Shown here one piece after another: positions 1 through 14,900 of a stretch of 64,000 nucleotides of DNA (position 1 is the first letter of the stretch; each line of letters opens with the position of its first letter). Both the position numbers and the translations under genes were made by a program. A model generated the notes under the pieces. That model did not search any database, was not told the origin of the DNA, and saw only the letters and a list, made by a program, of their open reading frames with translations. Source of the stretch: Hydrolagus affinis (Eukaryota); the NCBI GenBank assembly GCA_012026655.1, contig JAAILG010000119.1:1-64000 (forward strand). The letters run 5' to 3'.

Positions 1-385
1 TATATATATATATGTGTGTGTGCATTTTTTTTGGGGGTGGGTGGTTCTGTGGAGATATCTCTGTCTTGTTAGTGATGGAGGTCAGAGAACAGAAACTTTG
101 TGTGTGGGGGGTGGGGGGTGATGGATGGGTGAGCTGCTATACTGCAGATACCGTACAACTCAAAGGTTGATGGCCAATTCCTGGAAGTTGCACAACCACC
201 ACAACAACAACAACATGCCTTTCATGTTGGGAGGATGTCCCAAGGTGCTGGAAAGTTTGGGGTTTTTTAATGCGAGCTGGGGGTTGAATTTCAGACGGGT
301 TGAGGTCAAGGAGGAATGGGGAGCCACCAAAACACACGGTTCAAAGAGCAAGGTCTTCAGATGGACATAGAAGGAGGCGAAGTCA

Positions 386-850
386 CAACAACAACAACTC
401 GCGTTTGTATAGCACCGTTCACTAGGGTTAGTGACCTGGAGCTGAAAGGCAAAGGGACGCTCGGATGGAGTTCCAAAGAATGTTCCAAAGGCTGATGGTG
501 GGGTGGCTGGAGCATGGGACGTGAAACAGGCCAGTGCTCAGTGAGCGAAAGAAACAAGCGGGTTGGAAAAATTTCAGAAGGTCACAAAGATATGATTAGG
601 CAAGACTGTGGAGGATTTTTGAAGTGAGAAGAGGGATCTTGTATTTGTTCCTCTGGGGGATGGGGAGTCGGGAGAGGATAGGATGAAAGGCTTGTGGAAC
701 CAGGTCCAGGCGAGGAGGCAAGCCGCAGAGTTCTGAACTGTCTGCAGGTTGTGGAGGGATAAGTGGGGAATTCCGGTGAGCAGGAAGTTAATGTGGTCAC
801 ATTCAGTACAGGTGTGAGTGCTTCATTGCCGGGGGTGCCAGCCTTCAGAT
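386..850 (-). mobile_element. L2-clade LINE 3' remnant
   Basis: Degenerate RT C-terminus (LQTVQNSAARLL) on the minus strand with a (TTG)n tail at the left end. Confidence 0.65.
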
Positions 851-2904
851 CAGATGTTAACCTTCCTGCTATGCCCAATAAAGTTACTGTGGCACAATTC
901 AAAAGCGGAAGGCAGTTTCTTCTGATGTCCTGAGCAACAATCTTTCATTTAAAATGGTCATTTGCCTATTGGCTGTAGTTTGCGGGACTCTTGCTGTGTG
1001 CAAAACACCCGTCACAGTTGCCTGTGAAATGTCCCTAAATTTGAAATAATTATTACAAAGCACTTTGAGGTGCTTCAGCATTGTTACCACTATCAAATGC
1101 ATAATATTCAATGCAGTTTGAGAGCAGAGTTGCAGATCTATGCAGGAGCACTGAGAACATTGATTTCTATCTAGTCAATTGTTACTGATCCGATTTAAAT
1201 ATATATATTTTTAAAAAGCCTCTAATCCAAGGAAAGCAGGACGTAGAGGTAGATGACCAGAGAGGTCGGCGGACATTGGTTTTGTTCAGACTTTCCCTCT
1301 TTCTCTCAGCAGCTTGGTTTCTGAACTTGTTTGTTGCCCAGTGAGATCCGAGTAATGTGCTCAAAGACTCGGGGACAGGCAGACTACGCACAACTGAACA
1401 TTGCTGATGTTGATGATAAGGTGAGCCGCGATTCCTATTATTTTTATACATTACATCTATTAAGAAGCTCGGAATGTAAACGCACAAGATCATCCACTGT
1501 TTGGTTCAGTTGGTAAGACTGCTGCCCGTGTGAAACTGAGAACCGCAGATCCAAAAGGTTTGATTGCGTGTTGAGTCAGCTGATCTCACCTGGCGTGTTG
1601 GTAAGTGTGTGTTACATTTGTGGGGTGGGGTGGGGGGGGGGGGTAATATCAGCCGGATCGTCATTTTCAATTGCTAACCACCTTCCCACTGGGAAGTGTC
1701 TGCACAAAGCAAGATTGAGTGTATGATTGGCTGTTCTAAAAATCTTACGGCACTATTAAAAAAAAAGTGTCTTTCGGCAACCGGGCCAAAATCTTACAGA
1801 TTAATTGAGCATGTGGCTCATTCTTGCTATGTGTAAAACTGGGTGCCACATTTGCCTACAGTAGATCCTATGAAGGGCTTTGAGATACCTCGATGACGTG
1901 AAACTGAATAATAAAAATTACTATAATAATCCTCGCATTTGATATAGGATCTTATCACATCGTTGAGATGTCTCAGTGCGCTTCACAGAATATACTGTAT
2001 GGCTGTGTTCACTATATTTTGTGGGTGAAACGTGACTTCTGTACCTCACAAATAGGGATGGACTGAGTCAATTTTTTCCTACGTAATTGTTGATCAGGAC
2101 ACCGGAAGAAACTCCCTTCTCTTTTCGAATAGCACTATGGGATCATTAAATGACCACCTGAAGAAACCTCAGTTTAATGTCTCATCTGTATGAAGGATGA
2201 CTGACGAGAGTAAGAAAACGTGTTTTTGGTCTTAAAATGGAGGGAGTCATTACTTTAACATGTAGGTTTCTGTAATTGCTATGTTTGTAGCTGAGTGGAA
2301 GGCATGGCACGGTCTGCTCATTAATGCACTTCGCATCCAAACCCTTTCCTTCCTTCTGATTAAATACTGTCAACCAGCCTGTGAAGCCGACACTGATACT
2401 GCAGAAACCAGATCCAGTAGAATGTATCCTTGTAGGCAATATTAGACCCAGTATCTGAGGAGTTGTCGGTGGAGTTGCAGTTGATTAATAATGCAGAGTA
2501 GCAATTTGCACATGTCCTTTCTGATCATTTTTTACCTAACAAATTAAGGAAATTCAAGGCTCACAAACAGCTATGAGGTCAATGACAAATTAATCTTGAA
2601 GGCTGCCAGGACTTCGGGAGACACCATAAACAGATGTGTGTTTACTTTTTGACTTGTTTAGACTATTAGATCGATAATGCACCACGTGTTATCACAGTGG
2701 GACTTGCAGATAGGATTGACAGATGCCCTTACTTGTGCTGAACCCTTTCAAATAAATTGGGACGCTTTGAAATGTTTTAACAGATAAATAACGAGACTTG
2801 AGTGGAGCGAGGGAAATTGCAGACTGTTGACCAAAGACACGTTTGAAGAGCTGGAGCTATTCTACGTCTAATCTCTTGCATTTTCCTCGGCGCTTAGCCC
2901 TAGG

Positions 2905-5900
2905 ATGACAACAGCACAAGAAAAGCAGTTTCCTCCATCGCTGCAGAACTTTTTCATTTACAATCCAAAGCTGGGACCAAGAGAAGGTGAGGTAGGTGTG
3001 AAATCTAAACTCACTACTTGCCAGACGCACTCTCTGCGCCTTCCCTCAAAGCGGTAAAACCGCTGATAGAAAAGGCACCCGGAATGAGGATGATTACAAG
3101 TTCAACGCATCAGTGCACTTACCATCTTCAAAACTAGCATTTTCATGAAGTCCTGGGTGGAGATTTGGGGACATTGCAGCCATTTTAGAGTTTCAATGTC
3201 GTTACCACTTCATATCTCCACAGTTAACCCAACCTAAATTGAGTTTGGTATGTGGTGAGATAGCTGGTCTCAGTTTGGCCACCATTTGAGGTTCCCAATT
3301 GTGTTCAATGCCTATTTTGAGGGACCAGCAATCCAGGCAACCGCATCGCCAGGTCCAGGAGATCCATGTGTGGATAATGGACCGGATCAAGATGAGCCTG
3401 ATGTTCTCAGATACTCTGCCAACACCCAAGGCAAGGCTCACTTGGACGCAGTACTGCAGGGAAAGTCCCAGTAGAAGGAAAAAGAAAGAGTTGCGCGCCT
3501 TCAGGAGGAGAGATGCAATTGTGACTTAGATGTGCTAATAGTTGTGTGCTTTGTATTCTAGGAAGAGAAAAAGATCCTCTTTTATTACCCCAATGAGGTT
3601 GACAAGAATGAAAAAATTAGAAATGTTGGATTATGTGAAGCAATTGTACAGTTCACAAGGTAAAATTAATCAATTGATTTGCTACCGTCACAAAACGCAC
3701 ATCCCAGGTATGATTTTGTAACTTAAATATTAGACCAGGTTTCCACTTTACTGCTTTTTAAATAATGTATCCCTGCATTGACGACAGCTCCTGTCACCTT
3801 ACACACACCAGCTCTCCCCCCACATTTTTCACCCACAAAGTACACAGTCAAACCATTTTACAATATATTCGTGAAGCGCTGTGAAATGTCTCAATGACGT
3901 GATGAAGCGCTATACCAAATGCAAGGCTTAATTAATATTATTAAAAATATTTCACGTTTCCAGATTGTATATATAAGTTAGGGATAATTTTCAGTGTTTT
4001 TCTTTTCTCATTTACAGGACCTTCTGTCCCACCAAACCTGCAAAATCCTTACACACCCAGAAGAATCGACAGTTTTTCCATGAATCGGAGGAGAATTTCT
4101 GGATGGTTATGGTACACGCTGCTTTGGTATTCTGCAGAAAGGCTCTTAATAGTTTTGTGAGGGTTTTGCTGGAGCAGTTTTGGCTTTTTGACCTGAACGT
4201 AGAGGGCTGCCTCCTCAAATGGCACAGTCGGCAAAGCCGTGGTTTACCGAGTGCCTGAGCCGTACAGATAGCAGGAAGCTCCCAGGTTTGATTCCTTGGG
4301 GTTTGTGCTGAATTCGCCAAACACTCCTGGAGTGACAATAATTGAGCCTCAACAATCGGCCTCAACACTCCACACACACACACACACACACCTGTTTACC
4401 TATCATTAAATAGGAACCCAGTCGTTAGATGATTGGAGGATTGCTTTCCCAGGGTAATAATCCTCAACAAAAAATCCCCCCAAATAATAATTTGGTCACT
4501 CAATCCACGACTATTCATGGGACACTGCTGTGCTCAATTGACTGCCGTGTTTCGCATATAAAATTTACAGTCAATTCATTTTACAGTATATCACGTGAAG
4601 CGCCTTGATACTTCTCAATATTTTATTTGCTTCAGCAAACTGAATCCCAGACCTTACATTGTGGAGCGGTTTCTCCTTCATTTTAACAAAAAAGTTGCAC
4701 AAAGTTGACATTTTAAATAGAATTAAAAAGAAAAGATCGGGTTGGAAATCTGAACTGCATCGGAACATAGTGAAAAAGTTTTGAAAACTTGCAGCAGCTA
4801 AAAGGGAAAGCAGGTTTTTGTGGTTTAGCATCTTCTCGCTCTCTCTCCTTTTTCCTTTTGCTTTCTCTCTTCATTTTTCTTCTCTCCCTCCCTCTCTCCC
4901 ACCCGCCCTCTGTCCCTCCCTCTCTTTCCTTCGCTTGGCACTTTTTCCCCTCTCTCACCCTACCCTTCCATCAGTGTACAAGGCTAATTCATTTACAGAT
5001 ATATTTATATCGGTCTGTGTGTTTCCAGGTAGTGTCCAATCCGATTATTGAAAGGATTAATAAGGATGGAAGCATTGTTGTAGAATACCAGGAGGATGAA
5101 TTACTGGTTAGTTTTTGTCTCACCTTTTCAAACATTGTTTCAATATGTTAAAAGTTTCTATTTGACACGTGCCAATTTTATGCTCCTCACACCCTGACAC
5201 TCCTTACATCTCCAAACTGTTTATTCCCCACGCTGCCTCTGCTCGGCTGGCTCCAGCTTCCTGTATGTCCCTCATCCCTCCGTGTCGCGCCTTCAGCTCC
5301 GAAACTCTATCTCCCAACCCTTCTGCCTCCCTCCCCCCCACTGCTTCCCCAATTTTCATATCAAGCCTTAAGCCAGCACCTGTACAGTCGCCCCCCCACC
5401 CTGCAGACGCTACCTTGCTTGAAGCGCTCTATAGAAATGCAAGTTGTTGATGTTCATTAATTTCTCGAGTGCTTTTGCAGTTTGCATTCAAAGCTCAATC
5501 TCATGCTCACTTTAACTGTCCCTCAGAACACTCAATGACTTACTGCCCATAGTTATAATTGTTACATCACCTGTATGAACCTTCACAGTCACATTAACAC
5601 AGTTAACCGTATGTTTCAGGACACGGTCTACGGAGCTGTGATAGAGCAGTGCTACAGTATGTACAAAGTAAGCATCGTTTTTTTTTGTATTGTTTATATC
5701 CCCCAACTGGCTGCTTTCCCCACTTTAATGTCTGCTGCTTTTCTGTTCAGCTTTTCAACGGTACCTTTGCAAGATCCATGGAGTTGGGAGGTGTGGAACT
5801 ACTCATACAGAAGTTGGAGAAGTTTTTCTTCAGGGTAGGCACCTTGATTCCCTTCCTCAGCCCAACGCTGCGCCACTAAACCAGTACAAGTTGTTGCTAT

Positions 5901-8900
5901 TGCTGAAGCGCAGGGGTGCGGAGTCTGAAAGCTTGGCCACTTTACTGTGATATTGGGTGAAATGAGGATCAGGTTCACTTGGGATTGATTAAACCTCCAA
6001 AACCGACTCTCACCTAATACAAGAGTAGCTGGCTTCAGGAGGGGAGAAAACTAATGGCGGGTGGGGAGGAAATAATGGATTGTGAACTATTTACATAGAT
6101 AGTATAGCATGGAAAGGGCAAACATCCCAACCAGTTTGTGCCAGAGTTTATACTATACAGCACATGAATGTAATTCCTCTTGGCTTCTTTTCTGTCTCTC
6201 TTTCCCACCCCCCTCCCACTGCTTCTTCAGTACCTACAAACACTGCACTTACAGTCACGTGATTTGCTGGACGTGTTTGGGGGAATCAGCTTCTTCCCTT
6301 TGGATAAGATGACGTACCTGAAAATCCAGTCATTTGTCAACAGGATGGAGGAGAGTCTGAGTCTGGTGAAGTACACGGCATTTCTGTACAACGACCAGCT
6401 CATCTGGTACGCTGGGTTGGAGGGGGCGGGTGGGAGTGGGGTAGGAGAGCAATAACTCAGTCAGTCCTGGGTTCTCTTAACATACATTTTCAATTTAGAG
6501 ATTCCAAACTTGTTCCCTCTCTCTCTCGCTCTCACATTAAGCACAGACTTCACAGGGCTAATTCCTGTAAGATTCTTTCTGAAATAATTTCATCTCGTAC
6601 CAAGATCACTCAGACAGTACATTCCATTGTCATGAAGGCTGTGGGAGCCTGCGGATCCCAGGTTCTAAAATGTGGGATTCATTCCCTCTTTACATCCACC
6701 TCTCCACCTGGCTTTAGGTTGGACCTTAAAACCTACTTTAAAAGAATGCCTCTCTTTACCTTGCACGTAGGAATCCAGTTGTTAGTCAGATCAATTTCCG
6801 AGGGTAATAATCCCTCCAAAAATAAAAAAACTCAATCCAAGACTGTGGGACAATGCTAGGCACAATTAGCTGCTTTTCACCCACAAATACGGTTAATCCT
6901 GTAAGACTCTTGCCAATGTGATAAGGCGCTATATAAAATGCGACAATTATTATCACATGGACTGTGCTATGGCCTTCTGCCCCCTTTCCCCTCTCCCTAT
7001 GCCTGTGGCTGGCTCAGCCACTATCCCCGCCGTTGTGAAGCCCTCCCAAGATGTTACCCCACATGAAGGGCGCTGCCTAAATGAAAGTTGTTCTACACAG
7101 AGCAGGTTTGTGTATGAGGTTTTGTGGCAGTAATACTAACCTTACTAGTTCCAGTAAAACTACCCAGTACCAGTAGTACAACAGGTGGAGATTTAAACTG
7201 GTCCTAATAACTCCAGCAAACAACAACAAAATTACACTTGTATAGCGTCTTTCACATCAGGAGGACGTCCCAAGGCGCTGATAAACAAATGCAAAGATAT
7301 GGTAGGAAATAGAAACTATTGAAGAGTTGGTGACAGATCTTGTTTTGTGCACTTATTTTCAGGAGTGGACTTGAACAGAATGATATGAGAATCCTCTACA
7401 AGTATCTCACGACCTCACTCTTCCCCAGACACACGGAGCCTGAGGTAGTTTTAAATACAGTACATTTCTCTTCCTGCATCTCAGCCACCTCACCAGGGAC
7501 AGCATCCCTTTCTCCTCAAATCTGGGTGAGCCACCCCGTCCCGTACTCATTCGTCAGCTAGATATCAGCGGATTGTGTGCGACCTCTGTTGCCAAACCCA
7601 AAGCACTCCTTTACACCCTCGCCTGTTCTCACCCCTACATTCCCTTCCATTATGGGGCCCTGTATAGTAAACAGACACAGATTCCTTGGCTGAATTCGGC
7701 CGTTGCTCACACTCCAGAGCCCAGTGATACCCAAGTCTAGTTGTAGCCCCAAATGCTGAGATAAGCTACCTTGACACACGTGTGCGAAGCTCAACATTAC
7801 CTGGGTTTACTCACATAGTTATCGGACAAAATTCTCAAATGCATCGCTTACCCGGCTTCAGGTTTATCAGCAGCACACTGTGAAATGATACTCAGAACTC
7901 ACAATTTGTTGTCACCTCTTACCTGATGGTGACAGTCCAGGGCACTTACTGTTTGTATTGTGCTGTGTTTACAGTTGATCGGTCGAGATTCGCCGGGGGG
8001 AGGAGGAATGACAGGAAACCTTCATCACTATGGAAGGTACAGGTCTTCATTTTTTTGTTTTGATGGTCAATCTAAATATGAACCAGAGGTTTCTGTCTCC
8101 AACCTTGTTACATTGAATCAGGCGTCTCCATTCGGTCAAGCACGATCACAAAGACAAGAGGAAAGAGCGATAGAACTGCGTCAATATTTAACCCAATTGA
8201 TCACAAAGCCAAAGTATTTTATTTTAAATGTGGCCTGAAAACGCGTCCAACTGCCTGGTGCTGAATGTACCAGTTACTGTGTTCACAGGACAGAGATTAG
8301 CAGAAGACATTCCTCTCAGCCTCACGCAATGCCAACTGCACCAGCGAGATCAGAGTTCAATTCCCATCAGGGCAAAACTTTGGACAAGTTTCCACACACT
8401 TGATGATAATCCATCAAGAAAAAAATTTAATAAATCGGTCACTTCAATCCATGACTGTTTGTGGGACACAGTTGTGCGCAAATTGGCTGCCGTGTGCCTT
8501 CCACAAATGTGCAGTCAGTTCCCTTTATATTCCACAGTATATTCTGTGAAGCGTTTTGAAATGTCTAGAAGACGTGAAAAGTGCTACATCAAATGCAAGG
8601 ATCATTATTATTTTTATTGTAAATCCCAGGAGGACTGAACCTCCTCTTCCCCTCTCCCCCCACACCACAATGAATTTTATATCCATATAAAACAGTCATT
8701 GAAACACAGATTGTTTTGGCCAGTTAAACCTCACTGATGGACTGATGCTCAAAGTCCAGTCTAGACTGACAGCGCCCGACTCCCCGTTACCTACAGGGGT
8801 TCTTGGGAGGGAAGTGCCTCTCTTTGTTTTTTCTGTAAGGGCACAGTGTCTTATTTTGCAGATTTTTCAGGTATGCCTCCTGGTGGCTTGGCCAAGGAGA

Positions 8901-11900
8901 TGACAGTGTCTCTGAAGCTGAAGCTATCCCTGGACTGGACTTCCCTCCTGTCCAAGGAACTTACCGTGAATTATTGGGGAGGGAGGGATTGACGGTGGAG
9001 AGGTAATGAAACTAGCTTTAAAGATGCAGCCGTGGGATTTACGCTGTGCAGGCTGCCTGCTTGAGTGGAAATAGGCACAGAAATTCATAGAGCTTGTTAG
9101 TAACCTCTTAACCGGGATCGTTTACAGGGCGATGATGTTCTTTGTCCTGCACTAGTGCAATGCAGTTCTAACAACGGCATGTGACCAGCTGTGGCACAGC
9201 CCCACCTAATGGCCAAAGCAGATTGCATTAAGTGCCTGTGATCATCTGTCCTCTAGCTATCAATTTATACAATTGTTTGTCCTGCTTGTGTGTGTTTGGG
9301 GGTAAAGGGCAGTTATTAGGTTTATCAGTAGAAAGTAATCTGGTTAAGAGTGGTGGAAGGTGGGTATATTTTTGGTACGGATCCCTCCTTTGAGTTATAT
9401 TATCCTGATGATTGATTTTTCTTAAGAAACAAAAGCTTTTCTCAGTTTCTGAGTTGAGACAGCGAAAAGGACTTTTTAAACATTGCATGTTTCTCCATGT
9501 GTAAGAAAGCTATGTAATTGTCGTGGCTGACATGAAATTTGTTTTCATAAAAAACGCATGGGGCAAAGTTCCAGATCCCATTAAATAAAGTAAGCCTTTC
9601 TCCCTACTTCAATTCAGCGGATTAAATCAATGTTGCAAATGCTGCACAAACAGTTTCTATGGGACGTCTCTGTTTGTGGCCTGCCTTGTGGGGTTTTACC
9701 TTGTGTGTGCATGCTCCCCACTGCTGAGTGTTATCCTTGGAGTGCTATCCTCAGCCCATTTTTATGTCTCTGGAGTAATCACGAGTGTAACATATCTCCA
9801 GTGATGCTCTTTCATCACAGGGGCCATTTGAGATTCATCGCTTCTGTGTGTGTGTGTGTGTGTGTGTGGGGGGTGGGGGTTAATCTGCCAGTAACAACGA
9901 GGTGTAAGAAACCAGTTATTCTAGGCCTAAACTATCCTAATCAGCAAATGTTTGATTTTTCTCAGGTTTCTGACTGGCCCGAGCAATATAAATGATCCAG
10001 AAATCCCAATAAGGTTCCCCAGAATCTTTGTAAACACCAAAGATACATACGAGGAATTGCACCTGATTGTCTATAAGGTGAGACTGAAGTGCCTTTTCTT
10101 GTATTTAACTGCACAAGGTTAAGGGAAAACATTTGCTGCATTGCAACTTGATGAATTAGCTGTATGGAAATGCATTGGTAGAAAGTGCAAGTATCTTTAC
10201 TCTCTTTCCCCCCCACCTCCCCGTTTTGCTCCTTCCCATTTGTACCTCCTATAATTCTTCCCACTTCCAGATGTTCTCTTTTCCATACTTCGCTGGAGTC
10301 TAGTCCCACGCACCCACATACAGCGCCTAGAATGCCGCAGAGCCATAGACAAGTACGACACCTTTAGGAGGCCGTTCGGCTCACATTTTCATGTCGGTGT
10401 TTTCTTCTACAAGAAATATCATATTCTTATCCCAATTCCACGCCTGTTCATAATGCGCTGCTCCAGATAATGAGCCTCAGTCGGCTGTTTAACTACAACA
10501 ACAACTTTGATTTATATAGCGCCCTCCAGGCCAGACGGAGTCTTCAATCTTATCTCCGTGAGAAGTGGGGAGGTGGGGGCTGAGCAGTGATGGTAGGCAA
10601 GAATCTATTTACAGTAAAAGCCCGTTTATCCGGCACCCTCTGGACCTGGCCAATGCCGGTTAAAGCGCGTGCTGGATATTCGGCTGAAAACACAATTTTT
10701 TTTAAAAAAAAATTCAATACATTTTTCTGGATAAGTTCCGGTTAATCAAATGCGGACCTTTTTTTTGCAATGCCGATTATACTGAAGTTAGGGTTGGTCG
10801 GGTGCCGGATAAATGGGCTTTTACTGTATTTTGTCCCTCACATAGTACAGAAACACTGAGCTTCTGAGCTTCCACCATTCAGTGGGGTTTGTTGATGTGC
10901 TTTGACCCATATTATCACTGTGAATTCTCTCTATGTATTATGTACAATAGAAGCCGGGATGTTTGCCAGAATCATTTGATAAACATACAAGTTAGTTCTC
11001 CAGCTGGAATGGGAAGCAACAATCTGTCCTTTTGTTCTGTCCCTAATGCGGCCAGTTTTACCCAGTTAACAAGGCAATTGAAGCAGGTCTAGACACATGT
11101 AATCGAGCTCTACCTGAGTGCCTCCAACCTTGTGGCGCGGCCAAAACAAATTTGCAAACCCAATATGATACCAGCCTCAGTCGCTATCTGTGCCCCTTGT
11201 AATTGCTGCTGATTGATGGCTGCATTGTTCAGAGAACTGAGAAAAGTTATTTGGTAATGCAATTTTTATGCAAAATGGTAACCGTATACAGCAACACCTG
11301 AGCAATTTATTGGATGAGAATGCGATGGAAATTCTGCCGGGAGTTTAATGCTCCTCCATTGATCCAGGGGCGGCAATGGGTAACGAAGCTGGTTTGTAGC
11401 AATGCAATAGTCGGATTTCCATTAAAAATTATTTTGTTCAAAGATATAACTTGCATTCCCACTGGAGCTCTCTGATGGAAAGGTATAACTTAAATAGGAG
11501 GCCTCTAGTGGGAAAGCAAGCATCAGCGCAGGCACAATGAGTGTCTCCTATATTTTCTAGCTTTCTTTCTGGAGCTATCTGTTCTGTGTTCTTTTCGATG
11601 CTGATATGCAACGCACATGTGTGAAGCATATTTTGCCCACAAAATACACAGTCAATCAAATCCACTTTACAGTATATCCTGTGAAGCTCTTTGAGACTTC
11701 TCAACCAATGTGACAAGGCACTGTATCAAATGTAAGGATTATTATTGTTATATTTCCATGTTCCAATCCTTTGCGTCAAAACAATTCTTCCAATTTACCC
11801 CCATTTTGCTTCTGGCAGTAATCAGGTTACCGACTTTCTCTTTCTCTATCAAACCTTTTCACATTAATAAATGATGATGGTTGCAGTTGGTATGGGGGCA

Positions 11901-14900
11901 CATTTGGCCTTTTCTTGTACTGTCAATGTTCTGTGCTTCTGCTGTATGTATTTTTAGGGGTTACACGTTGTAATTGAAATGTATAAATGTTCTGCTCCTA
12001 TTTGCAGGCCATGAGTGCGGCCGTTTGCTTTATGGTCGATGGTGAGTTGCTTTCTTACTTGTCCAGTTTAAACTTTATGGTATTTCTGAAATTGCATGAT
12101 TCATAATAGGTTTTCACACACACGCGCACACACACACACATACAAATACGCAATACACAAACATATACACAACAAACATACATGCACAAACAGATGTGAA
12201 CCTGCACACAATACTCCTTGGGTCTTCCAACAATACTGTAAAAAAAAATTGCCTTGGATTTATCTTAACAGCCTCAGTGGAGATGACGCGGGAATTTTGC
12301 CGGAAGCTGGATGACCTCGTGGGCCCACAGCTCACTCTGCTGGCGTCCGATATCTGCGAGCAATTCAACACCAACAAACGTCTGTCAGGGTTAGTTTGCT
12401 CACGTTCTCTCTCCTACCCAGTTGGTTGTGATTCACAAATGACCGTTATTGGGAGCATTGTCCTTCTGCTCTGTGGACCTGGACTGGGGCTGAATTGATA
12501 GTTGACCCAGGAACCACCACTGATGTCAGCTGAACTGAAACAGTCATCCGTGTCTGATAATTCACCCCTTTTCACGCAAACGGTGGGTAGTGGAAACCAA
12601 AAACTCTCCCCACAACCACCCCCCCCCTCCCCCAAAAGGCTGGGGATCCTGGATGCATTGAAATTTTCAAGTGTGAAGTGGATAGATTTTTATTAGGTCA
12701 GGATATCAAGGGATATGGAGCAAAGGCAGGTAACTGGAGAGATACAGATCAGCCGTGATCTAATGGTGGAACAGACTGCGGTTCCTACGTTCCAATTGAG
12801 TCATTGATACCCTCTTCATATTGATCAGCTTTGGCTGAAATTAAAATTGACCCCGATGATATTTAAAGGACAAACAGCCTGAGCTTTTGCAATAGAATAA
12901 GAGAGAATACAGCAAGTGGTTTACAGGGGGGCAAGACCTATTGGCTCACTCTCTCCCGAACAGGGTGATTCATGTCCTGTTCACGTTTGTCAAAAGCATT
13001 TTTAATGGGATTTGTATCTATTACCAGCTGTCAGGGATCAAACCATATTATGTTATTAATTTTTAAGTGCATCACAAATGAGCATGACATAAGATGCCGG
13101 GCATTTCCATCAGATATCTGCTGATTCCCATAGATTCATGGAACATTTTAGATGCTGATCAGATCACTTTAGATGCAAATGCAGCACAATAGGCAGAACT
13201 GCTTTAGTTATCCAATCCCCGTTTACGACTTGTGAATCCTTTGCCAATTCTGGAACAAAGAAAAGTTGTAGTCTGCACTTTGCTTACCTACCTTCCCTTC
13301 TCCCTCACTTTCCTCTCCCACCCACCCTCTGGCATCTCGCCAAAGTCTTCATGACTGAGCTGTATCGGCTATTTATCTTTGAAGCCGCCCTGACACCTAA
13401 ACCTTTTCAGCCAGAGTCACTGGGTAGTGATCTGGAGCAAGAAACCTGGCTGTTATTCCCCCCACCACCCCCCCTCCCTATCCCAGGGGCACTGAGGCAA
13501 ATTGCAATCATCACTAAGCTGATCAAATGTATGGTACGGGTAGTAAATGTATGGCTCCCTAGGGAGACGGTGGAAACAGAAAGTGTCAATTTTTTCAACA
13601 GCAAAATAGATGTGTTTCTTTTAGGAAATAATATCTTGGGATACAGTGTATAGTTTGGGATGCGACATCGTTAATGCGACTACCATGATGGTGGAAGGGA
13701 AACCTCGTATGTTCTTATCAGTTACCTCATCACTAATTTGCATAGAGTGTTGGGGATTTTTTACTTTGGTAACAGTTTCTCAAAGCAGCTTACCAACGGA
13801 GGAAACAAAACAGACAGAGAGCTGGGAAAACTCAGCAGGTCAGGCAGCATCGATTGAGAAAGGAAAGTGAGTCAACGTTTCGGGTTCACGACCCTTCGTT
13901 AGAAACCCAACCGGCCTGTTTGTCAATTCCTTTTGCTGGACAACATCTTAATGGTCGATCTGTTTATTTTCAGGCCTGAAAAGGAACCTCATTTCAAATT
14001 CATATACTTCAATCACATGAACCTGGCTGAGAAAACCACTATTCACATGCGTAAAACAGCCAGCATGTCCTTGACCACAGTCCACCCAGATCTTATGAAG
14101 ATCCTGGGAGATATTAACAGTGACTTCTCAAGGTACAATATTTATTTCAAATGGGCAGTAATGGTATTAATGTCACAAAGTCAGTAGCTATCAACTAAAG
14201 TGTTTTGACCTTGCCCTTCATTCAGTAAAACACAATTATAGCATTTCACCCACAAAACACACAATCAATTGTTTTCATTGTAATGCAGAGCGGACGAGGA
14301 TGAAGAGATCATAGTGAAGGCCATGACAGATTACTGGGTCGTTGGCAAAAGATCAGATCAGCGTGAGCTTTACGTAATCTTGAATCAGAAAAATGCAAAT
14401 TTGATCGAAGTGAATGGTAAGTTCTTTCACACAGGAGCAGTGGGTTCTATCAGTGCAGGAAGAGAATGTCAGGGTCCCAGAGTTATTCACTGTGCCGGTT
14501 TAGTTGATCTTAGCTGGGGCAGGTAATGGGATGCAAGGATTTGACTCAACCCTGGGTTAGGAAGGCACCATTGAGCCAGGGTTTCAGTCCCAGTCAGTGA
14601 CCTCGCTTTAGATGCTCAAATCATGTTGCATATTATTCCCTACTATATTGTTACTCATCTGGCAAAACCGCTTTTGAGTCAATAATAAGTTTAAACGCGC
14701 TCCCAATAGTTCACCTAATGAAACATAGCACATGTTTTTATCAGAAAAAACTTGCAATGAATTGAACTCACCATTTCCCAGGCTATTACGAAGTGATCAA
14801 TGTACATTAATAATAATTCTTACATTTTATATAGTGCATTATCACATTGTTGAATTGTCTCAAGGCATTTTGCATAATATATTGTAAAGTCTATTATCAT

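Noticed and set aside
3200-3530. Cluster of short ORFs in CCZ1 intron 1
   Set aside because: Probably a highly decayed LINE fragment; no coherent frame or splice support.
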